Assembly: GCA_036850965.1 (NCBI GenBank)
Contig: JAZGQO010000002.1
Location: forward strand, 27,060,901 to 27,124,900
DNA: 64,000 nucleotides
Origin: Patella caerulea
Lineage: Eukaryota
Direction of reading: 5' to 3'
Shown here: piece after piece, positions 13,601-28,600 of the stretch
How positions within the stretch are numbered: the stretch's first letter is position 1
How the letters are laid out: the number at the start of each line of letters is the position of its first letter
The notes under the pieces: generated by a model
Told to the model about the DNA's origin: nothing
The model's database searches: none
The model's input: only the letters and a program-made list of their open reading frames with translations
Translations under genes and position numbers: made by a program

Positions 13601-16600
13601 TATTTGCCCTCATGCAGAGACATTTTAGAGAAAGTCCACATGGTTAGGCAGGCAACCATACACAATGTCACATTGAACCACTTAGACACCCATTGCCCCC
13701 CAAACAGTAAGACACATTAGATTAAAAACTTGATTGTCCTGATTACAATTTATAGAGTAATAAGTACAATAGTACCTGCATTAATTGTGAAGCTTCTGGT
13801 ACAGTTTTAACACCATGTATATTCTGTATACACCATGTAACACACTCAGCTGATATAAAACAATTCTCTTGTATTCCAGGTTGTTTAGGTAGAAAACATA
13901 GACCATTTCTATTAAAACATATTTCACAATTATTTATAAATAAGGATTGTATTTACAAAATCCTCATAAGACTATATATAAACCATTTTAAGAGACTATA
14001 ATAGTAGAGTTTTAGACCTTTGTACCGAAGAATGTTGTCGTTGCTGGGCTTTGATCGTGTTTGCTCACCACACTATATTTATCAATTTTCAGCATTTTCC
14101 GAAATTATATCTCGATTATTGCCCTTATTATTGTAAAAAAAGGGACATTTTAACTTGTGATGTCAACTGGCAGATTATCCCCATTCACGAGACTGTCAAA
14201 GCTGGTTGCATTATTTCTATTAGATCTTCCTTGTAAATCATTTATTATTTTTCATTTTGAATTAAGCCTGTATCATTACAGGTCTGGGACTGTACAGTTG
14301 AGTGGGCACTTAAGGCTGGCCTCTTGATTCATTAATTTGATTTGATATTTGTTGTTTATTTCTTGTAATGTCTGTATAGTTTGTCTTGTCTTCAGGTTTG
14401 TCTTATTAGTTTTGTTTGTGTGTAATGTGGTCCTCCTGCACATTACAGTGTAAGCTTGCTGTCTATCGTGGACTGTTAGCAATTGTTGCAAATTACAATG
14501 AAAACAGGAGGTTTATCCACAGCAGATTTAAACCAAGTTTATATATTACAGTAACTAGCAGTCGAAAGGTCTGGGAAATATCTAACTAATAAATAGGATG
14601 TTTCTGATAATTGTAAATTGTATGAGAATAAAAAGAAAGATATGAAACTTACTGTAGATCCATCATAGCTTCTACTATTTTAACTGACGGTGAACTACAG
14701 GTGATTTCTTCTTTGTGTATATGTCTATAATATAAATTGTGATCTAGATGTACATGTATTTTACAATCAAATAACTTTTGTGGTCAGAGAGTTCACAAGG
14801 AAATTTAATAGGCTTCATTCTCTCACTAATCAAATTTGAACAAGTTAGATTTATATAATGATAACATTTGTCACTAGATTCTACAAAGACAACAAGTACA
14901 TGGTTTCTTTGTCTCATTCATCTAAACTCTAGCTGTAATTAATTGAAAAGGTTGAAATTCAATAGGCTTTTTTTTATAATTAACTAAATGATGTATACAA
15001 ATTTCAGGTTTATTGTATTTTCTTAATAAAGAATTCTATCAAGTGATCAAGGACAATAAGTCTAAAAGTGATTATTACAAATCAATGAATTCAAAAGGAT
15101 TCTTTGTCTAACTAAAAATTGCATACATATTTCAAGAAAATCGAATAATAACCTTTGTCACAATATTCTATAACGTGAGCAATAGCCATAACTGCAACAG
15201 TATTATAAAGCACAACTGTTGAAAGTTCATAAGACATGTTTTTCTTATTTACCTGAACAATGAAGATATATTTCAAGCTTGAAGTTATAATCAGTTAGAA
15301 ATTTCTGTAATTTAATAGGCTTTGTCTCACTAATTGTGAATAACATAGAAAAGATTGGAAAATAAATGAAGGCTGTAAGTGTTTCAGGGGGAAAAAGATA
15401 GATGTACGGACGGATGGACAGAACAGTTTCGATACAATTTTCTTCTATTACATGAATTACAAAGTTAAGTTAGAGAATTATATCTTACTTGTCATATTCA
15501 GGTTTATTAGGACTAGAATCAGGTGTTAGATTAACTCCTTCAGGTGGTAAATTCACCTAAAATAGATAAAATACAGATGTATCTGATCATTAAAACTAGT
15601 TTACAAAATTATCTTTAGTGCAATTCTACATCCATTATCCAGTGACGTATGTTGGAACATAATGTTTTGGGTAACAAATTTCATTTTCCTTTTTAATTAG
15701 GATAGGTTTGACAATTGATAATTATGTAATTAGAATTATGTCAAATTTGAACAGAATGACATTGATATCTGTATCAAACTTACTCGAGATTTTCTGGTTT
15801 GTTGTGGTCGTTTGATTTTATTGGCAACTTCTAAAAATCTTTGAAAACCAGAAATAAGTTGTTTTAATTCTGTTTGAGTCTTATCTTCATATACATCACA
15901 CCTAGAAAGTATAGAATATATTTCATGTAATACAGATGTTAAATATTTCCTAAGAATCTACTGGTCTAAATAATATTTCATATACCGGTACATCATATTT
16001 CAAGACATTTATTTCATCACATTGAAGGTATGTATGATTATCCAGTATTCATTTTTGATTGTCAGTAACATTTATCAGGTTGCCAATTCAATTGTTTTAT
16101 AGAGTTAACTTTCAACGCGGTTTAATTATTGAGACTGTTTTAATTTCTTATTTCTTTAGATAAAAAACTGTCATGCGCCTCTTTTTAAGTGACGCAGGAG
16201 TATCTGGTAACCAGAAGATTTTCTACTGAATTAAAAAGCTGTATCAAAGTACAGAAACAGTCAATTTAATACATGCAGATTAAAACATATTTATAACCTT
16301 CTTTTTAGCTTTGCATAACTACACTTAAACTAGCCTTTCTAAATACCAGGCAGCAGAAATCAGATCTTTGGTGAATTGATATCTCCTACATCACTTATTG
16401 ATGTAAAGTACTGAAAACACTATATTATATATTTATTTAAATTTGTTTGATTATGAATCTACTTCTGTAAGTTTATAAACAGATATCTACAAGGTATTTT
16501 TCTATAGCATGTGAACCTACCGTGAACTGCCCTCAATAATCTTCTTTGTAGCCGAATTATTACATGGCAGGAGGAAGAAACGACTTCTCCAAAACTTCAA

Positions 16601-19600
16601 TGACTGTAATTATTGAATATCATTAATATTTAAATGCAGATTCTTGGGAGGAAATACCAGCGATATCATTACTATTAACATATTAAAAACTGTCATTTTT
16701 ATAAGACCACATTTTAAATTTAATATGGATGTAGTCTTATACTACAGTACCTGTTGGTTTTCCTTGTTCACTCTTGCAGGGATTGGTCATTTGGTTAAAA
16801 ATTCCAAAATATTTTGATTGCAAATGTTAGAGTTACCTTCCTATTATGTTTGAATTTAGTAAAACAATACAAAATTCCTTATGGACCGGTATAGGTAATC
16901 AATAGACTGTAAAAACAAACTTAACCAAATTTAAAAACTTGTCATAATATAACATCAGAGAGAGGGAAATGAAAATAAAATGAAGTGTGGTTTAACATCC
17001 TACTGTTTTGTTCCAATTGGGTTACAGTGTGCTACATGAGAGAAATTATGCCTTGACATTGTGCCAAGGTAGACAGATAGAATTTTATCAAAGCTTTGTA
17101 AATACGTAGAAAACAAATATTAGTGGTGGCAGAAACACTTTAATAGATTAAACCATGTATTGTGTGTGTAGTAATAATAACTGGGCTATATTTTTCATAC
17201 AAGTTATAACGGTAATTGAATGACTTGTTGTATTTTAATTAGACCTACAGACATTATTGCATTGATATTATTCTGTTTCTTGATAGGGAATATGAAACAT
17301 TTTTGCATTATGCCAACTTTAATTTTCTGGGTAGAGTGGGCAACTGTTAACAGTAAGCCCTGGTGCTAATGATAAACTAAATGGATATATACCTCCATTA
17401 AATCATAATCTCCTTCACCCCTTGTACATATATATTGGTCTAAATAATTCCAATTATAATTCTCTAATTGTTCATTACTGAATTCTGTCCATGAAACATC
17501 ATAACTATAGGAATCAGGACATTGGAACCGATATAAATATCTATAATGATGTTTTGGCTGCGAATGTCTGCAAATAAATCATAATCAAATCTGGTCAGTA
17601 TTGAACAAAAATCTAACAAAAAAAAAAAAATTTTACCACAAAAATAAATCCCAGCATCATTTCATTAAACATTCAATTTTTTTATAAACTAATTTGCATG
17701 CCACTAAACATGCAGCTATGGCAGGTGTGGCGCCAGACAGGGTAAGCTTACTCTTCCGGACACCTGTTACCACTGTTTGTCGTGTATTTTGTACACGGGG
17801 AGCAGTCCATTTGCTGATTACACTATTTTGCCTATAACCTTTTTAAGGACTTTGAATTCTGTCTTATGGTTTGGATTGTTTGTACTTGGTTTTATTTTAT
17901 TTGTAAATTATGCTCTTCACTATTTCCTGTGAACAGAACAACTATCGACTGTTTAAATAATTGGTTTATAATAATGGGTTGTGCTTTTATGTGTTCAAGT
18001 GCCACCGTCATCCACCGGTTCACTCGCAGTTCGGGTTTAGTTGTATTTATGTTTTAATTCTTTGATAACCATCTAATCATATAATCACTTTAATTTCCTT
18101 TTAGTAAGATTTTACCTCTGCATAAGTCAGGCCACCATAATATGACTGATTACATCTTGTTGTCTAAGGGAGAGGGTTATGGTATCAATAGATCATGGTT
18201 TCTCACTCATAGGTGTTTTGTTAATTTTTTACTCTTTTTTAATCTTTATTTGCAAAATGTAATTAAGGGTTTATTAATATCACTTGTTGTTTCAGCATAG
18301 ATTTGTAAAACTTCATCCTCTTTAAGGGTTTCTCATTGATTAATAACAGTTTACTTGGGTATAGGGTTACTTTGAATGGCTTCGGCCTTATATTATTAAT
18401 TAGTTTATTGTTATCTGCTTGTATATAACCTTCTGTAACATGTTGATTGTATCATTGCTTGATAACGGTGAGAGTGTCCTCATTGAAACATTGCAGTTAA
18501 TAAACCTAGTGAATGTTATCCATAAAGCTGTCTGTTATTATATCTGTAAATTAATTAAATAGAATAAAACCATACCGTGGCCTGTATCGTGTAACTGTTA
18601 TAGTAGGTCCACATAGAGTTAATTTATGGAAGATTCGACCAATACTTAAATAATACTCCTCCTATAATATAAAAAGGTTTTGTCTTTTAAGAAAAATATC
18701 CACAATAATTTGATTTTGATCAAAAAAATCATACTTTATAAATAGTTATACTGATGATTAATCATGTTAATAAAAAGTTTTTACCTGATTTTCTTGCCTT
18801 GGTCTAGCTCGTATTAAACTAGAAGCATGTTGATATTGAGGACTGGTACCCATATTAGCTTCTTTCTGGGTGATAATCTTAGGATTACTGAACAGAATTA
18901 ACTGGAAGCCCTGTTAATGATATGCAGACAACAAATTAGTTAAGAGATACATATTTTCAACACTTGGGAATCTACATTATATATCAAGATCATTACAATT
19001 GTATATTACACCAATATCATACTTGCAGATAAAATTGACTTTAAAGATCCTAGAAGATGACTTCATGATATGGAATATATCACCCACTAACACAATTGAC
19101 AGTAGATATCGCTTGTGTGATAAAATACATAATCTTCTGCAATATCTCCTTAGGAGATATCACTTTACATGAATTAGATTGGTCAATCAAAAAAGAATTA
19201 CTTTCTTTTATTTTAAAGAAACCACTTATTTAAAATAAAGAGTGCCTTTTTTTTTTAGAAAAATAAACTGTTTTTATTTAATTGACCTTGAAGGAAATAC
19301 TATAGGTCAATATATAGGACTTTGAAATAGGTAAACTGCTGTCAAAAAATGATGTATCACTATGCTGTAATGTAGTTAGATTCAGTAAAAAAAGTGAAAT
19401 CTATACCAAATAATTATATTTATTTATTGGTGCATGTAAGAAAGGATTGGCTGATAAATAAAATCTCCAACTCATGTTTTTTGATATCAAAAAATATCAT
19501 CACTCGTTGATAAATAGAGAATCTCCTACAAGTGTTTTTTGATATCAAAAAATATCAACACAAGTTGATAATGTAAAAAAAACGAGGCTCTGCCGAGTTT

Positions 19601-22600
19601 TTTTTTACTTTATCAACGAGTGTTGATATTTTTTGATATCAAAAAACACGAGTTGGAGATTTTATTTATCACCCAATCCTTTCTTACATGCAGAAATAAA
19701 TAAATATAATTCTTTGGTATAAATTTCACCTTTACTGGACCTAATTTCATTACTGCGTAGTGATACATCAGTTTTTTGACTGCAGTTTAGCTATTGCAAA
19801 GTCCTATATATTGACCCAGTATTTTCTTCATAGTCAATTAAATAAAAACAGTTTCTTTTTAACAAGAAAAAAGTCACTTTTTATTTAAAATAAGTGGTTT
19901 CTTTAAAATGAAAGAAAGTAGTTCCTTTTTGATTGACCAATCAAATTCATGTAAAGCAATATCTCCTAAGGAGATATCGCAGTAGATTATGTAATTTATC
20001 ATACAAGCGATATCTACTGTCAAATAAGATATTGGGTGATAAAGTAAAAAAAGACTTGACAGTGCCTGTCATTATGTCATGCATATAGTTAAAACCGTCA
20101 GGTACTAGTTCAGTAGTGTCAGACATTTTATAGAGGATAAATATATTCATTACTTTTAGGACTCATGTATATGGACTTGATTGTACTTACTTCTGCTAAT
20201 CTTTGATTAATCAACTCTTTAAATACTTGTACTGTGGTTATAGGTTCCTGACGATAAAACTTTTCATCTTCAGTACTAGCTGGTCTAAAATAATACATAA
20301 TCAAATCATTGAAAAAAATTTCAATTAGCTATGAAATTTGCACTGAATGATTAATATGTAAGAAATGATTTATTCTTATGTCCAATAGAGAAAGTTTTAG
20401 AAAAGGGTAATATTGTTTAGAAATGCATTCAAACTACATTGTTACACATCTCGCAGTATGACCCTGTCTGCTTCCCATATGTCAAACCTCTAGCCAGACT
20501 ACTTATAGCTAAACCAATAATCACTTAACAGTGAGAGAAATATATATAATATCTCTCAAATAATAGATCACATAACTCTGCTTCATTATTTTAAATTTTC
20601 AAATGTTGTCAATCTGCACAAAGAGAACTATCCTTGCCGTGAATGGCCGCCCAATCTAAACTTTAGTATATCACTTTGTAATACTACAGTTCTACTCCAT
20701 TTCACATTTTCAATTTATCAAATGGAATCTGAATAAATTATATGTCTCAAAAATTGCAAAGAATACATTGTGTTTTTGACTTAAACTGTTGATTTAGGAA
20801 TTGAAGTGTTAGTGCCTGTTTTAATGGAACTAATTGTGACTACAGTATTGAATCATAGAGACCATGATATAAACGGTTAATAAAGGCCTATTTAATAAAA
20901 TTAATATCTTACTTTATCCAGTAATCACTATTAATATCATCTGGTAATAGATTATAGTCTGATACAACATAGTCATAATGTAGACTGTGACTATCGGGGA
21001 AAAAATCAGTTGTTATTGGTAATGATGCTGGGGTAGTCAAAGACTTCCAGTCCACACCTAATAAAATATATATATATATCGGTAAATAATATTTTGAATG
21101 TGTATATATATAACCAACATTATATAATCTCATATTTTCATAGATTACAATATCGATTGAGACATGATTTTAAAGATGGACACAAAATTAGCAAGATACC
21201 ATGTACATTAATTTCTACTGATCTAATAAAAAAATTCTTTTGAACATTTGTTATTTTTATTTCTTTAGATCTTAATCATCGGTTAATAAAAAGGATTCAT
21301 GCAAGAAAGCTTCTCTTTCAAACTTTATAAGAATGCAGGGGGATTAACAAAGGGAGATAATATATATTGATCAGTTATTCAATGATATAAAAGCAGGATC
21401 TTATTTATATATCATAAATAAAAATCAGTAACTACATTTATAATCTACTCATCTACTAATAATGTTACACTACAACTCAAAGCCCAATCAAAATATTATG
21501 TGAGAATATGTAGCTTGGACATCACTTATCCTTATTCACAACCTGTGTCCCATCGTAATCGGTTTGCTGTAGGATCTTTAAAATATTTGATATCTCTGTG
21601 TGTAGAGAACAATACCACTCAATTAGTACATGTAGGACAATTTAATCAAATTTCTGTGAATGTTCCCAAACAAAACCAAAAAATATCCTTTATAATAGAG
21701 AACTTTAAAGAAAATTAACTGAAATTGTGTTTAACCTCCTACTTTTCCACACTGACTAGGCTATAAAGACATGCTTATACTAGGCAGAGTGCTATGAAGG
21801 AAATTTGCCCGAACAGTGGCACTGGCGCTAAGGCTTAGTCTTATTTTGAACAGTGAAGGGTTCCTTTATGTTTCATTTCAAACTATTATAGTAAGAACAG
21901 TCAGCTCTTTATCTAATTCTTATGCATCTTTAACCTTGTAAATCATATTATTTTTTCAGGGACTGTTATTAAAATATTTTACTGGGAAAAAAAGACCCAA
22001 AAATAAAAAAGAATGAAGTGAAATGGCCCTTTTAAGACGTGTTGGCACTACAACCATGTCAAAGTTGTGCTTATGAAATAAAATAGGTTACTTATAGTTT
22101 CCTACCATAAGATTTTTAAAAAAATGAAATCAACTAATAATGCGATAGCAGAAATAAAACTAAGTAGAAAATTCTGGGTCAAAATAAAAAACCATTCATG
22201 AAAAAAAAATATAAAAAATTAAAAGGTCAATACACTACAAAGCAGATTCAGTCAAAAGGGGTTTTAAGTGTGCGAAAAATCCAATGTGTGATAATAACAA
22301 CAGCATATTGGTTTTTAAATAATTAAAAAATTAAAGACAAGGCCGAGCTTGTGAAATTAAGATTTTTTAATCTACAGCAGAAAATACCCAGATAAAATTA
22401 AATAATTTGTTATTCTGAAATCATTTTAATCTTCAAAAAGCCAAATATCTCAAATTTTAATTTTGGGCAATTTTTACATATTTTTTTTAATTTATGCTAA
22501 AGCCCAAAAATGCTGTTTAAAACCCCTTTTGGTCATTTTCTACCATCTCCAAATTACCAGTCAATTAGTAAAACCATAAATGAAAGTTAATACAAGCATA

Positions 22601-25600
22601 TTAAAGTCAGCCATCAACATAAAACCATTGTTCTATAGAAACACATCTACTAATCAATTATACATGTAAACATCAATTCTATAAATCAACTTCATGTATT
22701 CACTGTATTTCATTAAAATAATATTTAAAAGAACAGAAACACCGCTTTCAGAAATACGTCACTTGAGGATGAATTGTTTAAATAATTGGATTCTGTTTGT
22801 GAAGGAATAAATATTAAACCCTTTAAATTTGAGAGTATTAACTGAAAACAAGAGATAGTTCTATTATAGCCAGAAATAACAAAGTTGATTAGAAAAAATG
22901 ATGTTTACATTAATAAGTATACACTCCATACTTATTCCTGAAGAAAAATTCTGAGATTGAATATCTGCAGTTAAAATAGGTTTCATTAGGCGTGATATTG
23001 ACATTCTTTCCTCATTCTTGTCTAATGGTCTCCAATCCCAGCCTACAATCACAAAATACTGTCTTCAAAACCAAATTGTCAATACTATTCCTTGGTGTTC
23101 TATGTCCAATTTACATTACCAATCATTATTAACCATCAAACCCCAAAAAACTATATTTGTTGCTGAAAATAAACCTATCTAAAAGTTATGACAGGTGAAT
23201 CCTATTCTCTATTCAAATCTAAAATTACTGCCATTATGAATAACACCTTCAGTTATCCAGATCAGTCTATAAATAATCAATCTTGTGGGGATTCTAAGTT
23301 TACTTTTTAGATTCAGTTTCTGAAAATTAAACATTTCCAATGGCATTTCAATATGCTGAATATGGTATGGATGTTTTGGGGCATAAAAGATGCACACTGG
23401 GTTTGTTATGGATGTTTTAAGGTTGCACACTGAGTTTGTTATGAATGTTTATGAAGATGGACGCTGAGTTTGCTATGGATGTTTTGGGGTATAACATGCA
23501 TGATGAGTTTGTTATGGATGTTTTGGGGTAAAATATGCACGCAGAGTTTGCTATGGATGTTTTGGTGTATAAGATGTACATTATTGAGTTTGTTATGGAT
23601 GTGTTGGGGGTAATGTTATAATCTAGTGTCAATATTCTTTAGCAATATAAATATATCATGTTTGGGATGCACCAACTTCAGACACCAGAAACTAGGTCAC
23701 TCTTTAGTAACTCTTTATCCCCTTGAAATATTCCTGATAAAGACCTGGGTAGAAATCTGTACATCAGAGAAAATGTAACAAAGATTATGAATTAATTACA
23801 AGCTAGATAAACATAACATGTACACTACCTGTAGTCATATATGGATACCAGCCAGGATCAACACCAACTGGTCTAGAATCTACAAATAATTTCTCTCTTC
23901 CTTTACTACCTCCCTTATAACGCCCTGTTGAATAATATATAGAAAATGAGAAACAAAGAAGAATTATGGACATTGCTTTTCATGTTCATGTTCCAAATTC
24001 TTTTTTACAGACTATTTCATCCCTTAATGAGAATGGATATTGAATTTATTAAAAAGAAATTTGTAGAGTGTACATTGAATTTGCCTAATTTTTTTAAAAA
24101 CACACTCTGATTAAATGTAAAGTTGGATTTACAGCAATAATAATCTTACCATGTTCTGGATTAGTCATAGTTGAGTTTGATAGTGATGAACTTAAACCAT
24201 CATTAGATGATGTTGTATGTTGACTGTGATTAGGTGATACGTTAAATCCATTCAAACTATCAGTACTGTTTAAAATATACATTTTATATATTGTTACAAC
24301 AAGAATCAAACTCTTCACTCAAAGTTATTTTTTGTCTATCAACCAGTAAAATGGCTGCTATTTGAATATAGCACACATTCCAGCACATCTGTATCATTTG
24401 AAAATGACAGGTTTTAAAACAGTTATCTGAGCTTCAAGTCATAGTTAGGCATCATCTACTGAATTGTCTTTGAAGATATAGTACATAAATATATTATTCA
24501 ACAGATACCAGTGTAATTTATTTCAGCAATCTGATTGACTGTAATCTGGAAATTCAAATGAATTATTGTATACTAATTATTACTATGACCCCTGATAAGG
24601 AATTCACATGAATTATGGTAAGTAATTAAGTGTATCACATACCTGTTCTGACAACTTGTTAAATCATGATCTATACTACCTTGTCTGGATATAGATCTCT
24701 GACGTCTAGCTTCTACAGCTCTCTGAGCACCCTGTAATCAACGTAATAAGTACAGACCAAGTCTGACATTCAGTTCAACTCTACTATCCATAGAAATTAA
24801 TGTCCTACTGGTCTGCTCCTAAACTTCCATCCATAGAACTTTAAAGAGAGTTTTGTGGTTTCCCCCTTGCTAGTGATGCAGGGCAGAGGTCCTGGTAAGG
24901 ACAGCTGTCTAGTCATTTGGATGGGACCAAAGATCGCCTGGCAGTTAAAATTCAATTTAAGAGTAAGCTGTAGTGCCAACGTCTGGGCAAAATTCAACTG
25001 ACTCATAGCACACTGTATGGCATATGTATCGACATCATTAAAATTATGTAGACTGATTTGGCTACTTACACTTACAATATCGGTCCATCATGATTTGAAT
25101 ATAAGTTGTGTACTAAAAGGGATATTGCCAGATATTGTAATTCTCCACGCAACAGCATTGTTAGCTGTCAATACCATATATATAGAGGATATTTGTTGTT
25201 TTAGAGTGAATAACATATTTTATTTCATCGAGAAGCAAGAAAACTTATATTTTCACGAATGCGTAGCATGAGTGGAAATATAAACATTTTCTTGCTTAAA
25301 GATGAAATAAAATATGTTATTCACGACAAAACAACAAATGTTCTATTTATTTTATGATTTTACAATCATTTTAGGTTTTCAACATGGACTTCATTGCTAG
25401 CCAGTGGAATAACACTTTTATTTCAAACACTTTCATTTCACTGAAAAAATGCGGTATTCCACTACTGATCATAAAATAAATATATATATATATCATCCCT
25501 ATCTATTCCTTTCTCAAAGATGGATTTATCATGTTTTAAGTCAAGTGTTTGATTATAGAACGATTATGTAGTAGGAAAAAATACATGATAAACACATTAA

Positions 25601-28600
25601 ACAAACTACTGTCTGTATAATACTAACTGACAATTGAGTAATGATTGTACTTTTGTGTAGACCATCATTTCTAAAAGGGACTGACTTCAGTAAGCAACCA
25701 TTTTTGTCAATTGTTTTTACTGTTGGCTTAATATAATAACATATACCTGCAAAACTTCTTTAGTTGGTGTTGTCCATGAATTTTCTTCTTCTTCTTCTTG
25801 GTAACCATAACTCTTCATTATATTAGGTTGAACAGGAGTACCTTTCGGATCTGTTCAAAGATATATTCTCCCAATTATTTCATTTTATAATCATCATAAA
25901 AATAAACCAAAATATAGGTTGCCAGCAATAAAACATACACCCACAGTAGCTCCACAGCAGCTAAGTTCTCCAAGCTGCCAACAAGTTTAATCCTTGAGTG
26001 GCATATTATAGCGACTGAGCACATAAAAAAAACACAAAACAATTTCTATGGAAAATTATCTCTGGTTTATAGCACTTTTCTACAATTATTCTCTTACCAT
26101 TTTTAAGTACAAAATGAAATAAGGGTCTTAACTCTGGCAGTAATTAGGCTGTTTTGCATGATGACTTTGAACACTGTGTATAACTTTCAAGTCAATCGGA
26201 TAATGATTTTAATAATTTTATACTCTGGGGCATTCACAAGTTTTTTTCATAGTTATCAAGTACTCTGGCCGTAGTTATAGAAAATCATTGCAAATTAACA
26301 GGCTTCTTCATCTCATCACCATAAACACTGTGTATAAATCTAAAGTCGGACAGACAGGGGCAATGACAATATACGCCCACATTTCAATGTATGTTATGGT
26401 GTGTGAAATAGATGGACTCAAGATCAGTCATGCGGTGTACAAATAATGACTACAATAGACTTCACGAGCATTAAATGAGTAAAATATATCAGGAAAATAG
26501 ATGGACTCAAAATCATTGAACATAACGCTAACGCTACAATATACGTCCACATTCCTACTTTGATTGATATGGTACTTTGTCAAGAAGGCTAGGCGTTTGG
26601 TTTGTTTAGCGTTGAGGGTCGTGCACCAACATTAATAGTTGCCGTCCTTAGAGTATAAGGAATAACTATACCAAGATAATCCATTCAGAATTGTGCCTTC
26701 CTAACACTAAAGGCAAAAAGTGGGCGTGGCTCTGCCCCTGGGGGTCGGGACATTCATCAAAATCAATAGTGGACGCCCTCAGGCTATAAGGAATACATAA
26801 ACCAAATAGGTGTTGCTGTCCCATGGGGGTCGGGCATGCACCCAAAACAAAAGGGGTCATCCTTAGGGTATAAGGAATAAGTATTTTAAGTTTCAAGATG
26901 ACCGATTAAGAATTGTGGCCTGTAGGTGACACACAAAAAGAAAATGGGCGTGACTCTGCCCCTGGGGGTTGGGCATGCACCCCAAATGACAGAAATGTTC
27001 CTTAGGGTACAAAGCATAATCATTCAAAGTTTCAAGATGATACGTTAAGAAATGTGGCTTGTAGACGACAAACAAATAAATACAAGGAATGGGCGCGGCT
27101 CTGCCATTGGGGGTCGGGCATGCACCAAAAAACAATACGGATCATCCTTAGGGTAAGTAGACAAAGTTTTAAGAAAATACAGTTAGAATTGCGGCTTCTA
27201 GGCGACACAGAGACACACAAAAAGAAAATGGGCGTGGCTCTGCCCCTGGGGGGTTGGGCATGCACCCCAAACGATAGGGATCATCCTTAGAGTATAAAGA
27301 GTAAGTATACAAAGTTTTAAAGAAAATCCAATAAGAATTGCGGCCTGTAGGCGACACAAATACACACGATAAGAAAATGGGTGTGGCTCTGCCCCAGGGG
27401 GTTGGGCATGCACCCCAAATGATAGAGATGTTCCTTAGGGTACAAAGAATGTGTATGCTAAGTTTCAAAATTATAAGTTAAGAAATGTGGCCTGTAGACG
27501 ACAAACAAATACATACTAGAAATGGGCGTGGCTCTGTCCCTGGGGGTCGGGCATGCACCAAAAACAATAGAGATCTTCCATAGGGTATAAGGAATACGTA
27601 TACCAAGTATGAAGAAAATCCAGTAAGAATTGCGCCCTGTAGGCGACACAAAGACACACGAAAAGAAAATGGGCGTGGCTCTGCCCCTGGGGGTGGGGCA
27701 TACACCCCAAACGATAGGGATGTTCCTTAGGGTACAAAGAATGTGTATGCTAAGTTTCAAAATTATAAGTTAAGAAATGTGGCCTGCAGACGACAAACAA
27801 ATACATACTAGAAATGGGCGTGGCTCTGTCCCTGGGGGTCGGGCATGCACCAAAAACAATAGAGATCTTCCTTAGGGTATAAGGAATACGTATACCAAGT
27901 TTGAAGAAAATCCAGTAAGAATTGCGCCCTGTAGGCGACACAAAGACACACGAAAAGAAAATGGGCGTGGCTCTGCCCCTGGGGGTGGGACATACACCCC
28001 AAACGATAGGGATGTTCCTTAGGGTACAAAGAATGTGTATGCTAAGTTTCAAAATTATAAGTTAAGAAATGTGGCCTGTTGACGACAAACAAACAAATAC
28101 CAGAAATGGGCGTGGCTCAGCCCCTGGGGGTCGGGCATGCCCCAAAAACAATAGGGATCTTCCTTGGGGTATAAGGAATAAGTATACCAAGTTTGAAGAA
28201 AATCCATGAAGAATTGCGGCCTGTAGGCGAACCACAGACACACACACACAGACAGGGGCGACGGCATAATACATTCACATTATGAATGTGGACGTATAAA
28301 AATAAGTAAATTGCATAAATTAAATTGACTTAGAAATTATGTAGCCTAATGATCTCTTACAGTTAATTACAGTAGATATATAATATATATATATATATAT
28401 ATATGATACTGCTACCTTTAGGAAAAGCATGAACCCATCTTCTCATGTTAGCTGTCATTTTAAACTGCATTCGAGATGGAGCAAAAGGATTAATGAGCGC
28501 TCGTCGTGGACGATAATTAGCTAATGACTTTCTACTATGACCTATCGGAGATCCAGCACTTCCTACTACTAATCTATTAAACTGTATTTCTTCACTCTCA

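Noticed and set aside
26666-28274. Cluster of overlapping 70-100-aa ORFs on the minus strand
   Set aside because: All fall in the 292-bp satellite of element D2. They are repeat-phase artefacts.
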